Shown one piece after another: positions 1-8,107 of a stretch of DNA of 40,000 bases (the first letter of the stretch is position 1; every line of letters begins with the position of its first letter). The notes below the pieces were generated by a model. That model saw only the letters and a program-made list of their open reading frames with translations, ran no database searches and had not been told where the DNA came from. The position numbers were made by a program, and so were the translations under genes. Source of the stretch: Pseudomonadota bacterium (GTDB taxonomy: Bacteria > Pseudomonadota > Gammaproteobacteria > Burkholderiales > Ferrovaceae); assembly GCA_021805445.1 (NCBI GenBank), contig JAJZFH010000047.1, positions 161,322 through 201,321 on the forward strand, written 5' to 3'.

Positions 1-68
1 GGCATGGTCAGCAAGCCGATCAGCCCGCCGCTCAGGAGAAGTCCAAGCCCCCACCCCAACTTACGCAC
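1..68 (-). CDS. Partial CDS (N-terminus only, continues past the window start): small hydrophobic or membrane protein, function unknown
   Basis: The reverse strand reads GTG (68-66) then RKLGWGLGLLLSGGLIGLLTM..., an unbroken hydrophobic helix to the window edge. It starts 3 nt after the OsmC-like stop (72-74), so it is probably in the same operon. It is absent from the ORF track because it is truncated. Confidence 0.3.
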   Translation of the reverse strand, partial: MRKLGWGLGLLLSGGLIGLLTM

Positions 69-71
69 GGT

Positions 72-533
72 TCAGACAGCCTTCAAGACATCTCCCGCAG
101 CATCCACTACGGTCATCCGCACCGGAATCCCCTGAGCCACACTGCGCCCCACCGTACAAAACTCTTCAAACTGACCCAGGATACGGTCGAGATGGGCATA
201 TTTCGCTCCTTCCTGTGGCAGACGCAACATCACCCGGATCTCCAGCACGCGCAAGCGCCCTGCCGGGTTGCGCCCAATCTCTGCCCAGCCCTGCGCCTTC
301 AATGCGCCTTCCAGAGTTGGATTGAACTTGCGCAAGGCAAAATACAAGGCATCCGCCAAACAATTGGACACGGCAGCGGCCAATAATTGCGCCGGGGTGG
401 GACCCTTACCCTGCCCCAAGGGAGGAGACTCATCGCCCAGCCACGCAGGGCCCCCTGTACCGAATTGAATTTCGAAACAAAAGTTCTCCTGCTGGGTCAA
501 CGTCACGCCATGCGCCGGGTTCTCTGGAGTCAC
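72..533 (-). CDS. OsmC/Ohr-family peroxiredoxin-like protein
   Basis: 153-aa ORF with the two conserved Cys contexts typical of OsmC-fold proteins (..LLAAAVSNCLADAL.. and ..FEEFCTVGRSV..). Its start overlaps the upstream cytochrome stop by 4 nt (530-533). Confidence 0.8.
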   Translation of the reverse strand: MTPENPAHGVTLTQQENFCFEIQFGTGGPAWLGDESPPLGQGKGPTPAQLLAAAVSNCLADALYFALRKFNPTLEGALKAQGWAEIGRNPAGRLRVLEIRVMLRLPQEGAKYAHLDRILGQFEEFCTVGRSVAQGIPVRMTVVDAAGDVLKAV

Positions 534-964
534 TGAGGTTTTCCACCCATATCCAAAGGTTTTCCTTGCGCCAGGCTGGTCACATACACGGTTAGGGCCG
601 TCAGTTCGTCACTGCCGTAGGCGGGCGCTTTACCCTGGAGCGCCATGCCCACACAGCCGCGAATCTGGTCCGACAACGTAAACACCCGCCCCGCCTTTGC
701 CTTGTAACGAGGAAATATGGCTGCCGCATTGCTCAGACTGGGGATGGCCTGCCCGTCAGGACGACGTCCCGGTCCCACCCCGCCATTGAGATGGCAGGAT
801 TCACAAAACGCTCCATTGCCGTCAAAGGTCGCATGACTGAACAGGTCCTTCCCCTGTTGCACCACCTTGTCCAACTCGGGATCCAGTCCCACCCCCTGTG
901 CCACGACCATCCAACTTCCCAACACCAGTCCCAGCAATCCCTTGATGTTCGCTCTTCCTGTCAT
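530..964 (-). CDS. Exported monohaem c-type cytochrome
   Basis: Single CxxCH haem-binding motif (FCESCH). The ATG at 964-962 is preceded by GGAGGG and followed by a signal-peptide-like MTGRANIKGLLGLVLGSWMVVAQG. The track ORF extends to 1000, but the internal ATG with an SD is preferred. The C-terminal ..SDQIRGCVGMALQGKAPAYGSDELTALTVYV.. is reminiscent of SoxA/TsdA-type domains (from memory, unverified). Confidence 0.75.
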   Translation of the reverse strand: MTGRANIKGLLGLVLGSWMVVAQGVGLDPELDKVVQQGKDLFSHATFDGNGAFCESCHLNGGVGPGRRPDGQAIPSLSNAAAIFPRYKAKAGRVFTLSDQIRGCVGMALQGKAPAYGSDELTALTVYVTSLAQGKPLDMGGKPQ

Positions 965-1268
965 GATGTTCCCTCCAAGATTGACGCACTCACTGCCCAT
1001 CGGCGTCGAAAAAAGATTTTTAACTGCTGTCGTGCTCGTCCTTTATGGACCAAGTCTACCACGGCTCCACGGAAAATCCTGGAGTCGCGCGAATCGGTCA
1101 ACCCGGGGCATTTGAGTGATGCCGTCCGCCGAACCTGAACACTTCGCCAACCCATTCCTCAAGAGATATGGCCTCGATGCCGAGGCCGATGTCATCCGCA
1201 CGGCCGCGAAAGTCTTCGGTGATGTAACCGCCGTCCACCCGCTCCAGCGTCGTGTAATCCAGACTGTG

Positions 1269-2333
1269 TCAATCCGAAAACAGATTGGCGATGCGCTCCC
1301 TGTTTGGCTGGCGCACAACCCCCCGTTCTGTTATGAGGGCGGTCACCAATTCTGCTGGCGTGATATCGAAAGCCGGATTACGAACCATGACGCCTTGAGC
1401 TGCCCACTGGCATTCCCGGAATCCAGTCACCTCGTCAGCCGATCTTTCCTCGATCGGAATGTCTGCGCCACTGTCGATAGTCCTGTCTATCGTGGATAAC
1501 GGGCACGCCACATAAAACGGGATGCCATGCCGCTTCGCCAGGACTGCCACCATGTAGGTACCGATCTTGTTCGCCACGTCGCCATTGCTTGCCACACGGT
1601 CAGTGCCGACCACCACTGCGTCAACTTCGCCTCGACTCATCATGAAGCCTGACATGTTGTCGGTGATCAGCGTCACCGGGATGTTTTCCTGCACCATTTC
1701 CCATGCGGTCAGCCGCGCACCTTGCAGAAATGGGCGTGTCTCGCCGGCGATGACCGAAATTTTCTTGTCGGCCTCGACCGCAGAACGGAACACGCCGAGC
1801 GCCGTACCCCAGCCCGCGGTAGCCAAGGCTCCTGCGTTGCAATGAGTCAGCACTCGCGCACCGTCTGGCAACAGTTGCGCACCATGCGCGCCCATCGCGC
1901 GATTGATCCGGATGTCTTCCGCCAGAATCTCGTGCGCCTCGGTCAACCAACGCTGCGCAACCACGGAATTATCCTGCCCATCCATGCTCGCCCAGACCCG
2001 GCGCATGCGCTCCAGCCCCCAGAACAGATTGACCGCAGTCGGACGGCTTTGCGCCAGCACAACGAGTCCGGCCTCCATGCCCTTTCTGAAATCCTCCTTC
2101 GACATACCCCGCAAACGCAATGCTTCCAGTGCCACGCCATAAGCCGCCGCTACGCCGATGGCTGGCGCGCCGCGCACTACCATGCTGCGAATGCCTTCGG
2201 CCACCGACGATGCCGAATCGCAAGCAATATACTCGAAGGCCGCAGGCAGGATGCGCTGGTCGATCATCTCCAATTTGCCGTTTGCCCATCGTAACGTTTC
2301 AACCCTCACCTTCAGTCGCCCTCGAATTCGCAC
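1269..2333 (-). CDS. mtnA: S-methyl-5-thioribose-1-phosphate isomerase (eIF-2B alpha/beta/delta-like family)
   Basis: 354-aa ORF with ..[17 protein letters not shown].., ..[15 protein letters not shown].., ..[10 protein letters not shown].., ..[21 protein letters not shown].., ..[12 protein letters not shown].., all typical of MtnA. The track start at 2333 is GTG and overlaps apt by 22 nt. An alternative GTG at 2309 would remove the overlap. Confidence 0.9.
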   Translation of the reverse strand: MRIRGRLKVRVETLRWANGKLEMIDQRILPAAFEYIACDSASSVAEGIRSMVVRGAPAIGVAAAYGVALEALRLRGMSKEDFRKGMEAGLVVLAQSRPTAVNLFWGLERMRRVWASMDGQDNSVVAQRWLTEAHEILAEDIRINRAMGAHGAQLLPDGARVLTHCNAGALATAGWGTALGVFRSAVEADKKISVIAGETRPFLQGARLTAWEMVQENIPVTLITDNMSGFMMSRGEVDAVVVGTDRVASNGDVANKIGTYMVAVLAKRHGIPFYVACPLSTIDRTIDSGADIPIEERSADEVTGFRECQWAAQGVMVRNPAFDITPAELVTALITERGVVRQPNRERIANLFSD

Positions 2334-2839
2334 AAGGCAAAGACGTTATGTCCGTGCTTTTCCAGCCGCGCACGTCCACCGAGGTCAGGGAGGTCGATGA
2401 TGAAACAGCATTCGATGATCCGTCCTCCCATTTTCCCAATCAACTTGCACGCCGCTTCCGCCGTTCCGCCCGTTGCAATCAGGTCGTCCACCAGCAATAC
2501 CTTCTCACCCTTTTCGATGGCATCGGTATGAATCTCTATGCGGTCAGTCCCGTATTCGAGTTCATAGTCATGACCGATGGTCTCTGCGGGCAACTTGCCC
2601 TTCTTGCGAATCGGCACGAAGCCCTTGCCCAAGGCGTACGCCAATGGGGCTGCCAAAATGAATCCGCGTGATTCGATTCCTGCGACCTTGTCGATACTTG
2701 CGTCCACATAGCGACGTACCAGTTCATCCACGGTGACGCGCAGACCCACCGGATCCTTGAGCAAGGTCGTGATGTCGCGAAACATGACGCCTTGTTTGGG
2801 ATAGTGCGGGACAGTGCGAATGCGGGATTTGATTGGCAT
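2312..2839 (-). CDS. apt: Adenine phosphoribosyltransferase
   Basis: 175-aa ORF with ..[15 protein letters not shown].., ..[15 protein letters not shown].. and the PRPP-binding loop ..[16 protein letters not shown]... Confidence 0.93.
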   Translation of the reverse strand: MPIKSRIRTVPHYPKQGVMFRDITTLLKDPVGLRVTVDELVRRYVDASIDKVAGIESRGFILAAPLAYALGKGFVPIRKKGKLPAETIGHDYELEYGTDRIEIHTDAIEKGEKVLLVDDLIATGGTAEAACKLIGKMGGRIIECCFIIDLPDLGGRARLEKHGHNVFALCEFEGD

Positions 2840-2872
2840 GCTGATTCCTGTGGTGTGCGTACTGTCAGAGGG

Positions 2873-3775
2873 CTATCGGTTGAGTACGCGTGCGGCAACG
2901 GCATCCAGATGCCTGATTTTTTCCGGATCGCGCGCCTGCGGGGCGGTGATCAGCGCATGTTCCAGCGCCGTGCGGCAGGAACACACGTGGGCCCCCGCAT
3001 CTGCAGCCAGTTTCGGGACGACATGCTTCACCAGGCTTCTCGCCCTGTCGGCATTTTCCAGCAGGACCTTGACGATCTGGTCTACCGTCACATCGTCGTG
3101 ATCCGGATGCCAGCAGTCGTAATCCGTGACCATCGCCACCGTGGCATAACATAATTCGGCCTCGCGCGCGAGTTTGGCTTCGGGCATGTTGGTCATGCCG
3201 ATCACATCGCATCCCCAGGTTTGGTAAAGTTCGGATTCCGCCAAACTGGAGAACTGCGGACCTTCCATGACGAGATAAGTGCCACCACGAAGCGCGGCAA
3301 TACCTGCCTCATTCGCAGCCACCTCGAGATGATCCCCAAGGCGGGAACACACTGGGCGCGCCATCGACACATGCGCTACCAGCCCAGTGCCAAAGAACGA
3401 CTTGTTTCGTGCAAAAGTTCGGTCGATGAACTGATCAACGATGACAAACATTCCCGGTTTCAAATGTTCTTTCAAAGAACCCACCGCACTGACCGAGATC
3501 ACGTCGGTCACGCCAGAACGTTTCAAGGCATCAATATTGGCGCGGAAATTTATTTCAGAGGGGGGAATCGTGTGACCGCGTCCATGGCGTGGCAGAAACA
3601 CCAACTGCTGGCTGTTCAGTTCGCCGAACAGCAATTCGTCGGAAGGCTCTCCGAATGGCGAGGATACTTTTTCCCAGCGCTTGTTGACGAGGCCATCGAT
3701 GTCATACACCCCGCTGCCGCCGATGATGCCAAATACAGGCACCCAATTCGCTTCACTCATGCCGGTTTTCCCCAT
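2873..3775 (-). CDS. mtnP: S-methyl-5'-thioadenosine phosphorylase (MTAP)
   Basis: 300-aa ORF with ..FGIIGGSGVYDIDGL.., ..FLPRHGRGHTIPPSEINFRANI.., ..GCDVIGMTNMPEAKLAREAE.., typical of the MTAP/PNP family. An alternative ATG lies at 3760 (MSEANW..). Confidence 0.9.
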   Translation of the reverse strand: MGKTGMSEANWVPVFGIIGGSGVYDIDGLVNKRWEKVSSPFGEPSDELLFGELNSQQLVFLPRHGRGHTIPPSEINFRANIDALKRSGVTDVISVSAVGSLKEHLKPGMFVIVDQFIDRTFARNKSFFGTGLVAHVSMARPVCSRLGDHLEVAANEAGIAALRGGTYLVMEGPQFSSLAESELYQTWGCDVIGMTNMPEAKLAREAELCYATVAMVTDYDCWHPDHDDVTVDQIVKVLLENADRARSLVKHVVPKLAADAGAHVCSCRTALEHALITAPQARDPEKIRHLDAVAARVLNR

Positions 3776-3796
3776 GGTTTGTTTTCGCCAACAAGG

Positions 3797-5773
3797 TCAG
3801 ATCACGCGGTCATTTCCACCATCCACCGGTAGCCATGCCCCCGTGGTCTTGGCAAATAATGGGCCGCACATTTCTGCTGCCAATTCTGCCACATCGCGGC
3901 TCGTTACTTCGGTCTTCAGCACATTGCCGGTCTTGTATTCCTGCACGGTCAGCCCATAGTGCCTGGCGCGTGCAGCCAGCACTTCCTCGGTCCACAGCCC
4001 GGTGTCGAACACGGCATTCGGATGCAACGAGTTGATGCGGATATTGTCGGCACCCCATTCCAGTGCAGCCACGCGCGCCAACTGGTTGAGCGCGGCCTTG
4101 GAGGCAGAGTAGGCGGCAGCGCCCGGCCCCGGCGCCGGCACGTTCTTCGAGCCAATCACCACCACGCGGCCGCCGCAAGGGGCCAACTTGAGAAAAGGGT
4201 GGCATTCGCGCATCAGCATCAGGTTGGCATCGAGATTGACGCACATCACTTTCTGCCACTCATCGGTTTTGAGGGCATCGATGCGGCAGCCCCCAGGAAA
4301 AATTCCTGCGTTCAGCACCAGCATGTCCAACCCACCGAATTTTTCAATGGCCTGCTCCAACGCCCGCATAAAGTGCGGCTCCGAAGTCAGATCGCATTGC
4401 ACGCCAAAAAAATTCGTGCTTTTCTTCATCCCAATCACCGCTGCATTCAGATCCAGCGCCACAACCGCCGCACCGCGGGCCAGCAGCGATTCGACGCAGG
4501 CCTTGCCGATGCCGGAAGCCGCACCGGTGACCAGCGCAATCTCGCCCGCAAACTGCGGTGCCTTGCCCCCCTTACGCAACTTGGCCTGCTCCAGGTCCCA
4601 GTATTCGACATCGAAAATATCCCTGGACGGCAATGCGCGGTAGCCACCCAGTGCGGTGGCGCGCAGGATGATGTCCATGGTGTGGTCATAGATATCGGCG
4701 ACGATATCCGCATCCTTTACGGTCCGGCCTATCGCGCACAATCCGAGTTCTGCATCCAGCACCACGCGCGGCACCGGATCCAGCATGGTTTTTCGTTCCC
4801 TGGCCTGCGGCTCCAACTCCACGAAATATTTCCTGTATTCGCTCACATAAGCCACCACGTTGCGCCCGATCATCGGCAGTCGCTTGGTACGAATCACATG
4901 GTCGGGCGTGGCCGGCCCCTGTTGCGCAATCAGGGCAATATCCGGACGACGGGCGAAAGACAGCGTACGGCCGTTCGCATGGCGCGAAACGATGACCGGA
5001 AGCCCCGCCGCTTTCGACACGTCGAAGCGCAACTTGGCCAAGCCGTGCATGACCTCAGCCCCACGGGGCACACTTCCAACCGTCGGGGTAAACTCCCAGG
5101 CATCATGTTTTTTGAGATAATCTTCGGCGCGGCCGACCAATGAAATCATTCGTTCGTAAGATTCCCTGGCGCTCTGACCGAAGGAGAAAATGCCGTGATT
5201 CAGCAGCACCATGCCGAGGGTATTCGGCCCGGCTTCGGCGGCGAACCGTTCCGCACATAGCTTGGCGAGTTCGAAACCTGGCATGACGTAGGGAATGACG
5301 ACCACGTCATCACCGTAGATCCCGCGGATTCTCGCTTCGCCATCTACCGTGTTGGTGATCGAAATGATCGCATCCGCATGGGTGTGATCCACATAGGGAT
5401 AGGGCAGAATGGCGTGCAGGATGGCCTCCACCGACGGCACCGGGGCCGAGGCGCGAGTCTGGTGAGTGACCAACTGGTTGACCATTTCGGGATCGGACAG
5501 TTCTGGCAACTTGGCCAGCTTCTGCAGGTAGTCCAGTTGCACTGGCGCAAAACCCGGCGCCTCGATGGTTTCCAGATCCCAGCCGCTGCCCTTGACGAAG
5601 AGCACCTGCTCCTCTTCGCCGAACACATTCCTGACTGCCATTTTCACCGAAGTATTGCCGCCGCCATGCAGCACCAGCGACTTGTCCTGCCCCAGCAGAC
5701 GCGAGGTATATACGCGCAACGCCAGGTCATCCCGATGACTTGATGCTGCCGTTTCCTCCCACAGATTACGCAT
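3797..5773 (-). CDS. Bifunctional class II aldolase/adducin-domain protein fused to a short-chain dehydrogenase/reductase (RhaD-aldolase/ADH-type architecture)
   Basis: The N-terminus has ..RVYTSRLLGQDKSLVLHGGGNTSVK.. and the metal-His region ..YVDHTHADAIISITN... The C-terminus has the SDR cofactor motif ..ALVTGAASGIGKA.. and the catalytic YSASKAA (YxxxK). The preferred start is the ATG at 5773, preceded by GGGGAGGAG. The track ORF reaches 5803. Confidence 0.85.
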   Translation of the reverse strand: MRNLWEETAASSHRDDLALRVYTSRLLGQDKSLVLHGGGNTSVKMAVRNVFGEEEQVLFVKGSGWDLETIEAPGFAPVQLDYLQKLAKLPELSDPEMVNQLVTHQTRASAPVPSVEAILHAILPYPYVDHTHADAIISITNTVDGEARIRGIYGDDVVVIPYVMPGFELAKLCAERFAAEAGPNTLGMVLLNHGIFSFGQSARESYERMISLVGRAEDYLKKHDAWEFTPTVGSVPRGAEVMHGLAKLRFDVSKAAGLPVIVSRHANGRTLSFARRPDIALIAQQGPATPDHVIRTKRLPMIGRNVVAYVSEYRKYFVELEPQARERKTMLDPVPRVVLDAELGLCAIGRTVKDADIVADIYDHTMDIILRATALGGYRALPSRDIFDVEYWDLEQAKLRKGGKAPQFAGEIALVTGAASGIGKACVESLLARGAAVVALDLNAAVIGMKKSTNFFGVQCDLTSEPHFMRALEQAIEKFGGLDMLVLNAGIFPGGCRIDALKTDEWQKVMCVNLDANLMLMRECHPFLKLAPCGGRVVVIGSKNVPAPGPGAAAYSASKAALNQLARVAALEWGADNIRINSLHPNAVFDTGLWTEEVLAARARHYGLTVQEYKTGNVLKTEVTSRDVAELAAEMCGPLFAKTTGAWLPVDGGNDRVI

Positions 5774-6139
5774 ACTCCTCCCCATTCGGATTCTCAAAAC
5801 CATTTTCGTTGCCTGTAAGCCACCACTCGTAGCCTGTTGCCTTCGGCCAGAAGCAGCCCGTCATGAGTTTTCCCAATAACGGACACTCGCGAATGACAGA
5901 CATGGAATTGCAACTTTGCAGTATGCCAGGATCCCACGAAATTCTGAATCCGAACGAGCGGAATACCCATCGACGTCTCCCATGGTTGACGACAACTTCT
6001 TCGTGACCATGGACGGTGACGTGCTGCGCTCCCTCGCGGCACACCTGCGACGATCACTCATGTGCTAGAATCCAATCCATACCGGGTTGCCCGGCAAGGT
6101 ACGAGCCGTGGGCAATCATACCCACTAAAACCAATCCCC

Positions 6140-8062
6140 ATGCCGTTTCAGAAAGCCATCCATCCCGTACTGTCCCTCCCTCGCCTGACCAAACGGTTGC
6201 TGGTGCTGATCGTGGATGCCTGTCTTTGCGTGCTCACGGTCTGGCTGGCCTATTACCTGCGCCTGGGTGAATGGGTATTCCTGTCCGGCCCCCCCTTATG
6301 GGCAGCGATCACTTCCGTCGCGCTGGCCCTGCCCGTGTTCGTTGCCTTCGGACTCTACCGGGCTATTTTCCGCTATTCCGGATGGCCCGCCCTGATGGCG
6401 GTCACGCGGGCCTCCTTCGTATATGGTTTGATGTTCGCCGCCCTCTTCACCGCCATCGAGGTGCCTGGGATTCCGCGCACCGTGGGGTTGATGCAACCCC
6501 TGCTGTTGCTGCTGGCCGTGGGGGCTTCCCGGGCCATGGCGCGCTTCTGGCTGGGCGGGGAATATCAGAATCTGCTGAAACACGACACCCTGCCCAGAGT
6601 CCTGGTTTACGGGGCCGGAACCTCGGGCCGCCAGTTGGCGGGGGCTCTGGCCCACAGCCATGAAATGCGCGTGGCAGGGTTTCTCGACGACGACCGCCTC
6701 CTGCAAGGCAATGTGCTGGACGGGCACCGTATCTACGCCCCCAGCGACCTGCCCGCCCTGAAGGAGACCCTCCAGATAAGCGACGTACTGTTGGCCATTC
6801 CCTCGCTCAACCGGCACCAGCGCAATGAGATCCTGGAGTTGATGCGTCGCTCCCGTGTATCCGTGCGCACCCTGCCCCGCATGGCCGACCTGGCCCAGGG
6901 ACGGGTCAGCATCTCCGCCCTGCGCGAACTGGATCTGGAAGATCTGCTGGGCCGGGAACCCGTGGCCCCCAACCACATCCTCCTCAGAAAAAATATCCAC
7001 CACAAGGTGGTGCTCGTGACCGGTGCCGGTGGCTCCATCGGCAGCGAACTGTGCCGCCAGGTCGCAGGTCTGGACCCAACCGCCCTGCTGCTGGTGGAAC
7101 AAAGCGAATTTGCCTTGTACGAATTGCACCAGGAGTTGCTGTCCCGGGCCCCCCCCTTCAAATTGGTTCCCTTGCTGGCCTCCGTGCAGGACAGCCACCG
7201 CATGCACGAAATCCTCTCCACCTGGTCGCCCCACACGGTATACCACGCCGCCGCCTACAAACATGTGCCCATGGTGGAACATAACCCGGCGGAAGGACTC
7301 AAGAACAACGTACTGGGCACCTTCACTACCGCGATGGCCGCCCTGGGAAATGGCGTGTCGGACTTTGTGCTGATCAGCACGGACAAGGCCGTACGCCCCA
7401 CCAACGTCATGGGGACCAGCAAGCGTCTGGCTGAAATGGTCCTTCAAGCCTTGGCGGCGGAATCCTCCGCCACCCGGTTTTCCATGGTGCGTTTCGGCAA
7501 CGTGCTGGGATCTTCCGGTTCCGTGGTGCCTCTGTTCCGCCAGCAGATCAAGGAGGGAGGCCCCATCACCCTCACCCATGAGGAAGTGACCCGCTATTTC
7601 ATGACCATCCCCGAAGCCGCCCAACTGGTCATCCAGGCCGGCGCCATGGCCCGCGGTGGAGACGTGTTCGTGCTGGACATGGGAGAACCCGTCAGGATCA
7701 TGGATTTGGCGCGCCGCATGGTGGAACTGTCCGGCCTGCGGGTGCGCGACAGCGAAGATCCGGAGGGGGACATCAAAATTCAGGTGACTGGCCTGCGCCC
7801 CGGAGAAAAACTCTACGAAGAACTGCTCATCGGCAACCAGCCCGAACCCACGGAACACTCACGCATCATGAAAGCCCATGAAGATTTTCTGGGATGGTCA
7901 AAACTGGACAGTAAACTTGATGCCCTCACGGTAGCCCTCAATTCCAACGACGTGGACCTGATCCGGTCATTGCTCCAGCAACTGGTCCCCGGATACCAGC
8001 CGGAAGGCGACATCGTGGACTGGGTACACCTGGAACAGAACGCAGAGGAACCGGACGGATAA
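6140..8062 (+). CDS. Membrane-anchored nucleotide-sugar 4,6-dehydratase / polysaccharide biosynthesis protein (CapD/WbpM/PglF family)
   Basis: N-terminal TM helices (..LLVLIVDACLCVLTVWLAYYL..), a first Rossmann segment (VLVYGAGTSGRQL) and a second SDR domain with VLVTGAGGSIGSEL, ..HAAAYKHVP.. and ..NVMGTSKRLAE... The ATG at 6140 is chosen over the longer track start at 6062. Confidence 0.85.
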   Translation: MPFQKAIHPVLSLPRLTKRLLVLIVDACLCVLTVWLAYYLRLGEWVFLSGPPLWAAITSVALALPVFVAFGLYRAIFRYSGWPALMAVTRASFVYGLMFAALFTAIEVPGIPRTVGLMQPLLLLLAVGASRAMARFWLGGEYQNLLKHDTLPRVLVYGAGTSGRQLAGALAHSHEMRVAGFLDDDRLLQGNVLDGHRIYAPSDLPALKETLQISDVLLAIPSLNRHQRNEILELMRRSRVSVRTLPRMADLAQGRVSISALRELDLEDLLGREPVAPNHILLRKNIHHKVVLVTGAGGSIGSELCRQVAGLDPTALLLVEQSEFALYELHQELLSRAPPFKLVPLLASVQDSHRMHEILSTWSPHTVYHAAAYKHVPMVEHNPAEGLKNNVLGTFTTAMAALGNGVSDFVLISTDKAVRPTNVMGTSKRLAEMVLQALAAESSATRFSMVRFGNVLGSSGSVVPLFRQQIKEGGPITLTHEEVTRYFMTIPEAAQLVIQAGAMARGGDVFVLDMGEPVRIMDLARRMVELSGLRVRDSEDPEGDIKIQVTGLRPGEKLYEELLIGNQPEPTEHSRIMKAHEDFLGWSKLDSKLDALTVALNSNDVDLIRSLLQQLVPGYQPEGDIVDWVHLEQNAEEPDG

Positions 8063-8107
8063 AATTCGCCTCACCTGCCGGGAGTTGACTTGATTATAAT
8101 CCCCCTT

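Noticed and set aside
3959-5143. 394-aa plus-strand ORF antisense to the aldolase/SDR fusion gene
   Set aside because: It is an antisense artefact of GC-rich coding DNA, with no motifs and R/H/Q-rich composition.
5774-6139. Search for a tRNA-Ser 3'-end direct repeat marking the far border of the glycan locus, and small ORFs in this spacer (for example 5982-6068, MVDDNFFVTMDGDVLRSLAAHLRRSLMC)
   Set aside because: Only a vague resemblance (..GAATCCGAAC.. versus the tRNA ..GATTCGAACC..) was found, which is not a convincing repeat. The mini-ORFs lack SD sequences and recognisable motifs.
6296-7858. 520-aa minus-strand ORF antisense to the CapD/WbpM-like gene
   Set aside because: The reasoning is the same: the sense strand has clear SDR and dehydratase motifs, and the antisense product is a G/H/Q-rich repetitive sequence.
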